Part shown: piece by piece, positions 50,683 through 58,919 of the stretch
Layout: every line of letters starts with the position of its first letter
Position numbering within the stretch: the stretch's first letter is position 1
DNA from: Takakia lepidozioides
Lineage: Eukaryota > Plantae > Bryophyta
NCBI GenBank assembly: GCA_030704615.1
Contig: CM060732.1
Location: forward strand, 62,000,001-62,064,000
Reading direction: 5' to 3'
Length of the DNA: 64,000 nt
Program-made: the position numbers and the translations under genes
The notes under the pieces: generated by a model
Told to the model about the DNA's origin: nothing
Seen by the model: the letters and a program-made list of their open reading frames with translations, nothing else
Database searches by the model: none

Positions 50683-53600
50683 TTGAGTGTCAACACGGAG
50701 GTGCCACTAGTTGCTGGGGACAGTGCCGGTTCGAGCACTAGCGATACTAGTGGGTACACGAGACGAGGTGTGCGGTTTAGGCCACCTTCACCTCCTGTGT
50801 CTTCCACGGAAGGTTCTGATTCGGATTGTGAATCAGGAGGGCTCATACCGGCGGTGCAAGTTGTTTCTTTGCCATTGTTGTGGGACACAATGGAGGAGAT
50901 GTATGGAGCTACCAAGGGGCCACGAAGGTACTCTGGGGCGGTGGGCACCATTGAGTTGGATGATTTTATCCAAGAGTTTGATAGTTGGTGTGATCTGCAG
51001 CAAATGCGCAATCCACAACTATTTACGCCGTTCATGGCATGGAAAGGGCTGTTTCAGCACCTTGAGGGGCCGCCTATGGATGATTACCATGAGTTCAGGC
51101 GGGGGCATGAGGTTGAGATCGAGGAGTGGAGGATGTACTGGTCACCCGACTATGTCTCCATCACTAGGGGCACTAGAGCCACGAGGGCAGTGGCTACACC
51201 TGCCGCTGCACCGGCAGCTTTAGCAAGTAGCAGTGGGACTGGTGGTACAGTAGCTACGACATCCACCCAAGCCACTACCGCACCAGCACTAGCACCCGTG
51301 CCTGCCTTCAACCCTGTTGTGGAGTTCTTCGAAGAGTTGAGAGGGAACTACCAAGGGGTGAGGACAGAGAAGTTGCGGAGCTTGCAAGAGTTCCAACGGA
51401 AGCCGACCGAGAGCTTGAGGGAGGCTTTCACTCACATGAGGCGCTTGATAAATGTAACCCAAGGGGTTACGGAAGCTCAGGCAGTCCAATTCTGGTATGG
51501 GATATTGGACAAGGAGCTGAGGAGAAGGGTGCGGGATGCAATTCTCCTACAAGCGGCCCAACCCACCTTAGCAAATGTGTTTGTGCTGGCAGAGCGGATA
51601 GAGCTCAACATGGTGGAGGAACGAGTGGTCATGGTGGGATTTGCTAAGGAGACACCACGGGGTAGTGGTGCTCCTAGCCAACCACTACCTCAACGTGCTC
51701 AAGGCAACAAGGGGGCTCAGGTGAAGCTCAGGGAAGGGCAGAGAGGACCTCAGATGCAGGGGTCTCTCCCTTCATTTGCTGGCCAACAACGGGCGGATGT
51801 GGTGTGTTGGACATGTGGAGGACCCCATGTCAAGAAGGATTGCCCAGAGGGAGGCAAAGGGTCGGCACATGCACAGCCTGCACAGTTGCAGTGTGGGCAT
51901 TGTGGCAAGCACGGGCATGGAGAGGCCCAGTGTTATAGTTTGCATCCTGAGTTGCGCCCAGGCCAGTTCCAAGGGAACAATGGTGGCCGGGGGCGAGGTG
52001 GAGCAGCCCAGAGAGGACGAGGTGGCCAGCCACGAGGTGCAGGCCAAGGGCAAGCTCAACGTGGCCAAGGACGCGGAGGTCAGGGTGTTGACCAAGGCAT
52101 GGCCAACCGGCTTCAGCAGCTAGAGCAGAGGCTCGCTACCATGGCTACAGCTCAGGTGGTACCGGCTCTAAGGCCGGATGGTCCACCTCCTGCTCCTGAG
52201 GGAGGAGATATGGGAGGCATGGGATTCATGTGTGGAGCAGCACTACCACTAGTGCAGGTGGAGTCTGCTGCAGCCGTGACTCGAGGAGCAGCACGAGTTC
52301 CTGAGCCACGAGGTGCAGAGGTGGAGTTGGATCCACAGCGTGGGGAGGCAAGCCGTCAGGCTAGGCTTCCTCAGTCATTCACATTGGCGGAGACAGTGTC
52401 GACGCCATCCATGGCACCTAGTTCTCGCCCGACTATTACTATGCCATTGGGGAGAGCTACACGGGCAGCACCACTACCTAGTGTTGCCAAGGCTACGGCA
52501 GCTAGTGTGCTGTTAGGAGCGGCCACATCTGTGTGCCAGGCTCCATTGTTCTCGGCTACCATGATTGCGATGCCGGGGATAAGACCAGCTGAGGTGTTCA
52601 GGCTGGCAGCTACACTCTGTGAGAGTGGGGAGGTTACTTCATCTTCTGCGGAGATAGTGGGAGGTGTAGTGCCGGAGGGATCCTCGGATTTGAGGGCCAA
52701 GACTGCCACGGCGGCGCCATGGCAAGCTGCAGCTGCCAGGTTGATGGAGCTGCCAGCTAGGCCAGCCATTGAGCACGCCATGGTGACACCCGGAGTTGTC
52801 ATGTTAGACAACCAGGATGGCATTTTCTGTTTGAGTGGACCGGCAGGCAAGAGGTACCGGCCACTGCGAGTCTTGTTGGACTCGGGAGCTCAGCCACTGA
52901 TGCTGGGCAGAGCTGCTATTGCAGGTTTGGGCCTCACGGAGGCGGATATGGAGCCTTGTCCTTTCCAGATACAGACGTCTCTGGGAAGATCGGAGCAGGC
53001 TCGGGGCATGACACGGCATGAGTTGGCTATCAGACTACGGCCGGATCACCCTACAGATGGCTCAGTGATGCGAGCCAAGGCCATTGTGACAGACGCAGTC
53101 TCATACGATGTCCTGGTTGGTGGGGCAGTGTTGTACCCCATGGGCTTCACCCTGGATTTTTGGGAGGAGTCAGCTTCCTATAGGCCTGCATGGCAGTCAG
53201 GGGAGGGCCGGCGTGTGCAGCTCCCTGTGACGTTCATAGGAGGAGTTGCGGTTGCCCAGCGAGGCAAGATGCCGACACTAGCAGCATTCACAGCGGCAGT
53301 GAGTTGGCCTAGAGAGTTGCTTGAGGGCAATGCTCATTCAGAGGATGTACCACCTCCGGGAGAGCAGGATGACATGTATGGTATGGCGGAGTTGCCTACC
53401 ATGGTTGCTCAGACTCCATTGTGGGGCACGAGCAAGGATTTGCAGCGGGATGCTGATCGACGGGTGCGACAAGCCTGGGTGGAGGCTTTTGTACCGTCAG
53501 GAGAGGAGGAGAGTGTGGGGATTGCACCAGGACCACCTCAATTGTCTCCATTGGACACCACACCTATTGTGTGGCAGTCTCCGGATGAAGGCATTTGTCT

Positions 53601-54840
53601 TCTGGACTTGTTTGGCGGGATCAGCACCGGATTGGCTGCTGTGTTACAGGCAGGTGTACGAGTTTGGCGTTACCTGTATGTGGAGAGGGATGAGACTGCA
53701 CAACGCGTTTCACTTCGCCATGTTGCTCAGTTGGTGCAGCGGTACCCTGAGTTGTTGTCGGTGTCTGCAATTCGTGGATATCAGCAAGCCTTGCCAGCAG
53801 ACATTTCGTTGCTGGGGGCGCAGGATTTGGAGCGGGTTGGCTCCATTGATCTGGTAGTGGCAGGTTGGCCCTGCCAAGGGCATTCATCAGCCGGGCATGG
53901 CAATGGATTGCGAGACTCGAGGTCGGGTCTGTTTTGGGAGATGGTGCGGGTTTTGCGCCACTTGCAGCTTCATCAAGCTGTATCTCCAGCATACATCTTG
54001 GAGAATGTGCCACTGATGGGCGATTCTCAGGCCAGGGTGATGGCCAGTGTGCATCAAGTCCGGTCGTGGCTTGGGTCAGTAGTGTTGCTAGATGCAGCTA
54101 CAGTGGGGTCACGGGCTCATCGTCCACGGCTATGGTGGACTAACATGATGCCACCCGCACTGCTCAAGCGTGCATTTGATGGGGTGCAGCGGCCAGCACA
54201 GCTCACAGTGGATAACATTCTGGACACAGGGAGGCAGTCTCAACGTGTGAGACACGATGACCGTTCGCCTTTGGCAGTGGTCAACAAGGTGGGTCAACCA
54301 CGAGCAGCATTACCTACACTGCTCAGCTTCCCAGGATCGCATGCTTTACGGGATAGTGGACCTGGCCTCCTGTGGGATGCTCAGTTGCAGCAGTTAGTGG
54401 AGCCTAATGCTGACGAGCGTGAGCGGGCAATGGGTTTTACCACTGGTACCACGGCGGTGTCGTCTCTTTCTGAGGCATCACGTCGTCAATTGTTGGGGCA
54501 AGCAATGGATCTCAATTGCTTGACCTGGATTATCAGCTTGGCTCTAGCTGAGCAACGCAGAGTGCGGAATACACTTCCCTCAATGGTCTCTCTGCCTACC
54601 GAGACGGTACAGGCAGTGAGTGGGGGCGAGCATATGAGGACCACGGGGTGCATGCATCCATGGCACATGTGGGAGGTGCTCGAGGTTCAGAGGGAGTTGG
54701 CAGCCAAGGCGGCTGTGATGGATGAGGTTGGGGATTCTTCTCGAGTTGAGGAGGTCCTCAAGGATGAGATGATGGGGCAGGATGATGCCTTGTCATTGAC
54801 TGAGCAGGTAGGGAGTACTGCTCAAGAGGTTGCAGCATAG
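50683..54840 (+). CDS. gag-pro: ORF1: Gag (capsid, two zinc knuckles, RGG region) - aspartic protease - DNMT3-like cytosine-5 methyltransferase
   Basis: QRKPTESLREAFTHMRRL (Gag homology region), CWTCGGPHVKKDC and CGHCGKHGHGEAQC (51805-51935), VLLDSGA (52879) with YDVLVG (protease), MTase motifs at 53593-54510. First AUG is at 50890. Confidence 0.93.
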   Translation: MSVNTEVPLVAGDSAGSSTSDTSGYTRRGVRFRPPSPPVSSTEGSDSDCESGGLIPAVQVVSLPLLWDTMEEMYGATKGPRRYSGAVGTIELDDFIQEFDSWCDLQQMRNPQLFTPFMAWKGLFQHLEGPPMDDYHEFRRGHEVEIEEWRMYWSPDYVSITRGTRATRAVATPAAAPAALASSSGTGGTVATTSTQATTAPALAPVPAFNPVVEFFEELRGNYQGVRTEKLRSLQEFQRKPTESLREAFTHMRRLINVTQGVTEAQAVQFWYGILDKELRRRVRDAILLQAAQPTLANVFVLAERIELNMVEERVVMVGFAKETPRGSGAPSQPLPQRAQGNKGAQVKLREGQRGPQMQGSLPSFAGQQRADVVCWTCGGPHVKKDCPEGGKGSAHAQPAQLQCGHCGKHGHGEAQCYSLHPELRPGQFQGNNGGRGRGGAAQRGRGGQPRGAGQGQAQRGQGRGGQGVDQGMANRLQQLEQRLATMATAQVVPALRPDGPPPAPEGGDMGGMGFMCGAALPLVQVESAAAVTRGAARVPEPRGAEVELDPQRGEASRQARLPQSFTLAETVSTPSMAPSSRPTITMPLGRATRAAPLPSVAKATAASVLLGAATSVCQAPLFSATMIAMPGIRPAEVFRLAATLCESGEVTSSSAEIVGGVVPEGSSDLRAKTATAAPWQAAAARLMELPARPAIEHAMVTPGVVMLDNQDGIFCLSGPAGKRYRPLRVLLDSGAQPLMLGRAAIAGLGLTEADMEPCPFQIQTSLGRSEQARGMTRHELAIRLRPDHPTDGSVMRAKAIVTDAVSYDVLVGGAVLYPMGFTLDFWEESASYRPAWQSGEGRRVQLPVTFIGGVAVAQRGKMPTLAAFTAAVSWPRELLEGNAHSEDVPPPGEQDDMYGMAELPTMVAQTPLWGTSKDLQRDADRRVRQAWVEAFVPSGEEESVGIAPGPPQLSPLDTTPIVWQSPDEGICLLDLFGGISTGLAAVLQAGVRVWRYLYVERDETAQRVSLRHVAQLVQRYPELLSVSAIRGYQQALPADISLLGAQDLERVGSIDLVVAGWPCQGHSSAGHGNGLRDSRSGLFWEMVRVLRHLQLHQAVSPAYILENVPLMGDSQARVMASVHQVRSWLGSVVLLDAATVGSRAHRPRLWWTNMMPPALLKRAFDGVQRPAQLTVDNILDTGRQSQRVRHDDRSPLAVVNKVGQPRAALPTLLSFPGSHALRDSGPGLLWDAQLQQLVEPNADERERAMGFTTGTTAVSSLSEASRRQLLGQAMDLNCLTWIISLALAEQRRVRNTLPSMVSLPTETVQAVSGGEHMRTTGCMHPWHMWEVLEVQRELAAKAAVMDEVGDSSRVEEVLKDEMMGQDDALSLTEQVGSTAQEVAA
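53593..54510 (+). other. C5 cytosine DNA methyltransferase domain within ORF1
   Basis: Motif I LLDLFGGISTG; II YLYVERD; III PADI; IV DLVVAGWPCQGHS (catalytic PC at 53869-53874); V DSRSGLFWE; VI YILENV (54001); VIII DAATVGSRAHRPRLWWTN; IX ERERAMGF..GTT; X RRQLLGQAM. Confidence 0.93.
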
Positions 54841-54846
54841 CAACCA
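54838..54846 (+). promoter_or_regulatory. Candidate stop-codon readthrough signal UAG-CAA-CCA (CARYYA)
   Basis: Single stop between ORF1 and an in-frame open pol. Same context in copy 2 at 63716-63724. Confidence 0.8.
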
Positions 54847-57800
54847 CGGGACGCGTCCTCTACCTCTAAGCCCACTGGACTTAAGGTTGTAGTTACGGAG
54901 GACAATTGGGAGCCTGACATTGGACCCATTGTCACCGGAGGAGAGAAACGACGTATACGGCGGTTCCTAAGGGCTTACAGGAATTGCTTTGCCTTCAGTT
55001 TGAAGGACTTGGGAGCATTGAAGGGTCAAGAGATCCGTATTGAGTTGGCCACTGACACGCCAATCTTTCGGAGACCCTATAGATACAGTGACATGGAGAG
55101 GTCTTTGATTCAGATGAGGACTCAAGATCTCTGGGAGGCAGGTTTGGTGGAGCTCTCTGGTGGAGAGTATGCTTCAGCCACAGTGATGCCAGCCAAGAAG
55201 GATGTCTATGGCAATTGGACGGAGAGACGTATGTGCGGTGATTACTGGCCTGTAAATCGTCAGACCAAGTCCGATAAGTATGCCATGCCAACACCAGAGG
55301 AGATCTTTGATGCCATCGGGCATGCTAAGGCCTTTAGCACTTTGGATTTACGATCCGGATATCACCAGTTGCCAATCAAGGAGGCGGACAAGCAGAAGAC
55401 GGCATTCTGGGGGATCAATGAGCACGGCAAGGATTGCCTATATCAGTGGCGGTTCTTACCATTTGGGCTTAAGAATGCTCCTGCAGAGTTTCAGAGAGTC
55501 ATGGATAGGATTCTAGCAGGGGTGGACTTTGCTCGGTGCTACATAGATGACATCATCATCTTTAGTGTTACAATGGAGGAGCATGAGAGACACCTTCAGG
55601 TGGTATTGGAGCGCTTGAGAGCGCACGGATTGAAGTTGCATCCGGGGAAGTGCAAGTTTTTCCACAACCAGATTGAGTATCTGGGTCACATGATATATTC
55701 TGGAGGATTGGGGGTACAGCAGACTAAGGTAGAGGCCATTGCACAAATTCCACGCCCCACGGATGTGAGCCGAGTTCGAGCTTTCATGGGGTTGGCAAAC
55801 TATTATAGACGGTTTGTCAAGGGATTTAGTACCATTGCAAAGGCTCTAACCAAGCTGACCAAGGTGGACCAGGAGTGGCAATGGGAAGATGAGCAGGAAC
55901 GAGCTTTTCAAGAGCTCAAGGCGAGGTTGACCTCGGCGCCTATCTTGAGACGACCTATCAGGGGGCGTCCCTTTCAGCTGCATACGGATTGGAGCATGCT
56001 GGGGCTTGGAGCGGTGCTCACACAGGTGGATGATGAGGGAAGAGAGTTCGTAGTGGCTTACGCTAGCCGCTCGAACAACGCTGCAGAGGCTAAGTACAGC
56101 TCATATGAGGGAGAGTGCTTAGCTGCAGTGTGGGCCATGGCACACTTCAGGTGCTATCTATACGGCAATCTTTTCACCCTTGTCACGGATCACCAGCCAC
56201 TCAAGTGGTTGATGGAGTCAGACAAGCTTACGGGGAAGCTTGCACGGTGGGCACTTATACTCCAGGAGTATGACTTTCAGGTTGTGCATCGACCGGGTTT
56301 GGTCAATCGGGATGCGGATGGATTGAGTCGCAATCCATGCATGAGCCAGCAGGATGACACTGGAGCTCGGTGGCATGGTGAGACGGACGAGGAGATGGTG
56401 CCGGGATGGCACGCATCTGCATTTTTGTGTATCTTGGCATCGGGAGGTCAGATTGGACCTACAACAGGGATGACTGTAGACGGAGTGTCTGAGGACCCTG
56501 AGGCTAGTGATGAGCTAGGTGGTGCCAGAGATATACATGAGGATTCGGCTGTGTTGGACTACCTCCGCACGGGAGACACGGCAGCCATTGTGACTGCCAG
56601 GGAGAGGGATCGGATCCTACAACGAGCCAAGAGGTTCAAGTGGGAGGGGATACACCTACTTCGAGTGTGGGAGGGTGGTCGGGTGAGGATTGTGCCTCAC
56701 CCCACACAGCGTGCACGGTTAGTGCGGCATGCCCATGAGGAGTTGGGGCATTTTGGAGTGCGACGCACTCACAGTTTACTGCAGGGGCAGTATTGGTGGC
56801 GTGGTATGCATACAGAGGTGCAACAGTTTGTGGCTAGGTGCATGGTGTGTGACAGGGTGCGTGCTTCGTTTAACGCCCCTACACCACAGTTGCATCCTTT
56901 ACCTATCATGGGATTGGGCTACAGATGGAGTCTTGACTTCGCAGGACCGTTGCCACTGACTATGCGCCACCACAGATATGTGTTGGTGATGGTGGAGCAC
57001 TTCTCCAAGTGGATTGAGTTGGTTCCATTGCCTGACAAGGCTAGTGAGGGGGCTGCGTATGCATTCTTGGATCGTGTGCTTAGCCGATTTGGTGCTCCAG
57101 CTGAGGTACTCACGGACCAAGGGAGAGAGTTCTTGGGGGAGTTTCAGGTTTTGTGTGATAAAGCCTTGATAGACCACCGCACCACTTCTCGGGATCATCC
57201 TGAGGCCGATGGCTTAGCAGAGAGAGTTGTTCAAACGGTGAAGAGGGGTTTGCGCAAGTATGGCTTGCAGAAGGGACACCTAGGAGATTGGGATCTTCAG
57301 GTTCCTTGGTTAGCCATGGGCTACAGGTTCAGCAAACAAGCATCACTTGCCTCCTTCTCACCATATTTCCTTCTCTTTGGCCGAGAGCCGGATTTGCCTA
57401 CAGCCATTCGTAGGGACACTGCTCAAGTCCTTAACCTTGACGATCCGGACGTGTGGGTACGTGCATGTGATCAGCGTGCAGAGTTGTTCAAGAAAGTCAT
57501 GCCCATGGCTTTCGAGAACCTTGCCATTGCACAGCACCGTGATACGTTGAGGTATGCCACTATACGTGGTGGAGGATATCGTCCTGGGGTTCGGAGGTTT
57601 AGCCCTGGTGACTATGTTTATTTGCAGCAGACTGCTCCTACGACTCTGGATGTTACTGCAGGGCGTGTTATTCTGAGGGTTCGAGAGGTGTTGCCCTCAG
57701 GGGTCCTGATCTTAGAGGGTCGGGATGGCATGACTTGGAAAGACCATGTGCGTAATTGTGCGCCATGTCACCTTCCCAATGTCGATGGCAGAGTTGACCC

Positions 57801-57975
57801 AAACTTGGCAGTGGTACCTGCAGGTTTGAGGTGCATGCTCTGTGGGTCTGCCAAAGGGGCAGCCACCATGCTGGTGTGTGATTGGTGCTCAAGGGGTTGG
57901 CATATGGGATGCTTGACACCACCTCTTGAGAAGGTTCCTGACGGAGATTGGTTGTGTCCACACTGCTTGGGATAG
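54841..57975 (+). CDS. pol: ORF2 (Pol): reverse transcriptase - RNase H - integrase - PHD finger, in frame with ORF1
   Basis: No stop in 54841-54999. RT: LDLRSGYHQ, LPFGLKNAP, YIDD (55540). RNase H: TDWS, EGECLA, TDHQPL, DADGLSR. Integrase: HEELGH..CMVC, WSLDF, TDQG, GLAER. PHD C4HC3 at 57832-57966. Confidence 0.95.
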   Translation, partial: QPRDASSTSKPTGLKVVVTEDNWEPDIGPIVTGGEKRRIRRFLRAYRNCFAFSLKDLGALKGQEIRIELATDTPIFRRPYRYSDMERSLIQMRTQDLWEAGLVELSGGEYASATVMPAKKDVYGNWTERRMCGDYWPVNRQTKSDKYAMPTPEEIFDAIGHAKAFSTLDLRSGYHQLPIKEADKQKTAFWGINEHGKDCLYQWRFLPFGLKNAPAEFQRVMDRILAGVDFARCYIDDIIIFSVTMEEHERHLQVVLERLRAHGLKLHPGKCKFFHNQIEYLGHMIYSGGLGVQQTKVEAIAQIPRPTDVSRVRAFMGLANYYRRFVKGFSTIAKALTKLTKVDQEWQWEDEQERAFQELKARLTSAPILRRPIRGRPFQLHTDWSMLGLGAVLTQVDDEGREFVVAYASRSNNAAEAKYSSYEGECLAAVWAMAHFRCYLYGNLFTLVTDHQPLKWLMESDKLTGKLARWALILQEYDFQVVHRPGLVNRDADGLSRNPCMSQQDDTGARWHGETDEEMVPGWHASAFLCILASGGQIGPTTGMTVDGVSEDPEASDELGGARDIHEDSAVLDYLRTGDTAAIVTARERDRILQRAKRFKWEGIHLLRVWEGGRVRIVPHPTQRARLVRHAHEELGHFGVRRTHSLLQGQYWWRGMHTEVQQFVARCMVCDRVRASFNAPTPQLHPLPIMGLGYRWSLDFAGPLPLTMRHHRYVLVMVEHFSKWIELVPLPDKASEGAAYAFLDRVLSRFGAPAEVLTDQGREFLGEFQVLCDKALIDHRTTSRDHPEADGLAERVVQTVKRGLRKYGLQKGHLGDWDLQVPWLAMGYRFSKQASLASFSPYFLLFGREPDLPTAIRRDTAQVLNLDDPDVWVRACDQRAELFKKVMPMAFENLAIAQHRDTLRYATIRGGGYRPGVRRFSPGDYVYLQQTAPTTLDVTAGRVILRVREVLPSGVLILEGRDGMTWKDHVRNCAPCHLPNVDGRVDPNLAVVPAGLRCMLCGSAKGAATMLVCDWCSRGWHMGCLTPPLEKVPDGDWLCPHCLG

Positions 57976-58224
57976 TGGCAGTGGACATGACTGGAGGCAG
58001 CTAACAAGACATGGGAGGCCAAGCTCATAGGAGTCAATACATGAGATCCCAAGCTCAAGTTCACAGGTTGCAAGACGGCGACTAACGATGGGGCAACTCT
58101 TGCACCCGGCCTCTTGATCTATCGAGTTTGAGTGTAGTAGGGATAGTGGTGGAGGACTTAGTGAGGCTATGGTCACTATCACATCTTGTGGCTACCTGGA
58201 CTTAGAGGGACCTAAGCACCAGCT

Positions 58225-58234
58225 AGGGGGGCGA
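58225..58234 (+). promoter_or_regulatory. Polypurine tract
   Basis: AGGGGGGCGA just before the TG of the 3' LTR. Same sequence at 46019-46028. Confidence 0.8.
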
Positions 58235-58235
58235 T

Positions 58236-58412
58236 TGTGTGGACTAGTGACTGCCATAGTGGGCAGCATAGTGGCAGCCTAGTGACTGACTAGTTGTAGC
58301 CTAGTGGTTGGACTAGTGGTGGACTAGTGGTATACTAATGTGTGGTGTGCACATGTGTTGTGTGGTTTTTGGACAGCGATGTAGTTGTGTAGCGATATGT
58401 ATGCGCACGACA
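58236..58412 (+). repeat. 3' LTR (177 bp, TGT...ACA)
   Basis: Follows the PPT. Built of GGACTAGTGG-like units. Three copies in the window share the same ends. Confidence 0.9.
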
Positions 58413-58742
58413 GCTGTCAAGTTATTTTACCACTAGTGTGAAACTAGCTAGGAAATAGCTAGCTTTCACATATTGACATTTGGGATTGGCCCAAGTGTCA
58501 ATCCAGGGGTCAAGGCAGATTTAGGCCCTGGAGTGGTTAGCTTCACGGCAAGCGCGGAAGGCTCATCTTTCTCGAGTTGAGCCTCACCGCGCCTAGCTAT
58601 GGCGCCGTAGTGTGGATTCCCCATGGCGTGGGGTGCACTTGGCTTGACTTGTATTTGAGTGATGAGGTTATATATGCATGAGTTTATGCTTCAGCTTTGT
58701 GAGCTCGCATGAGCTTGTGCTTGTATTCTTCTTCTTTATCAT

Positions 58743-58919
58743 TGTGTGGACTAGTGACTGCCATAGTGGGCAGCATAGTGGCAGCCCAGTGACTGACTAG
58801 TTGTAGCCTAGTGGTTGGACTAGTGGTGGACTAGTGGTATACTAGTGTGTGGTGTGCACATGTGTTGTGTGGTTTTTGGACAGCGATGTAGTTGTGTAGC
58901 GATATGTATGCGCACGACA
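58743..58919 (+). repeat. Additional LTR copy (solo LTR, or 5' LTR of copy 2)
   Basis: Two mismatches to 58236-58412. No PPT before it and no matching flanking TSD. Confidence 0.88.

Larger units (their letters stand above)
50255..58412 (+). mobile_element. Ty3/Gypsy LTR retrotransposon encoding a C5 DNA methyltransferase and an integrase-fused PHD finger (coding region uninterrupted apart from one UAG; 5' boundary uncertain)
   Basis: Domain order Gag-PR-DNMT-(UAG)-RT-RH-INT-PHD, then PPT (58225-58234) and 3' LTR (58236-58412). The RT-RH-INT order defines Ty3/Gypsy. Confidence 0.95.

Noticed and set aside
53593-54510. Idea that the MTase is a bacterial restriction-modification contaminant or a DIRS-type adenine methylase
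   Set aside because: It is fused in frame within Gag-PR, has PC/ENV C5 motifs rather than DPPY, and the element uses a DDE integrase with LTR/PPT rather than a tyrosine recombinase.
50711-58182. Alternative-frame and antisense ORFs overlapping gag-pol
   Set aside because: Shadow ORFs of a GC-rich coding sequence. Their repetition in other copies only reflects nucleotide identity.
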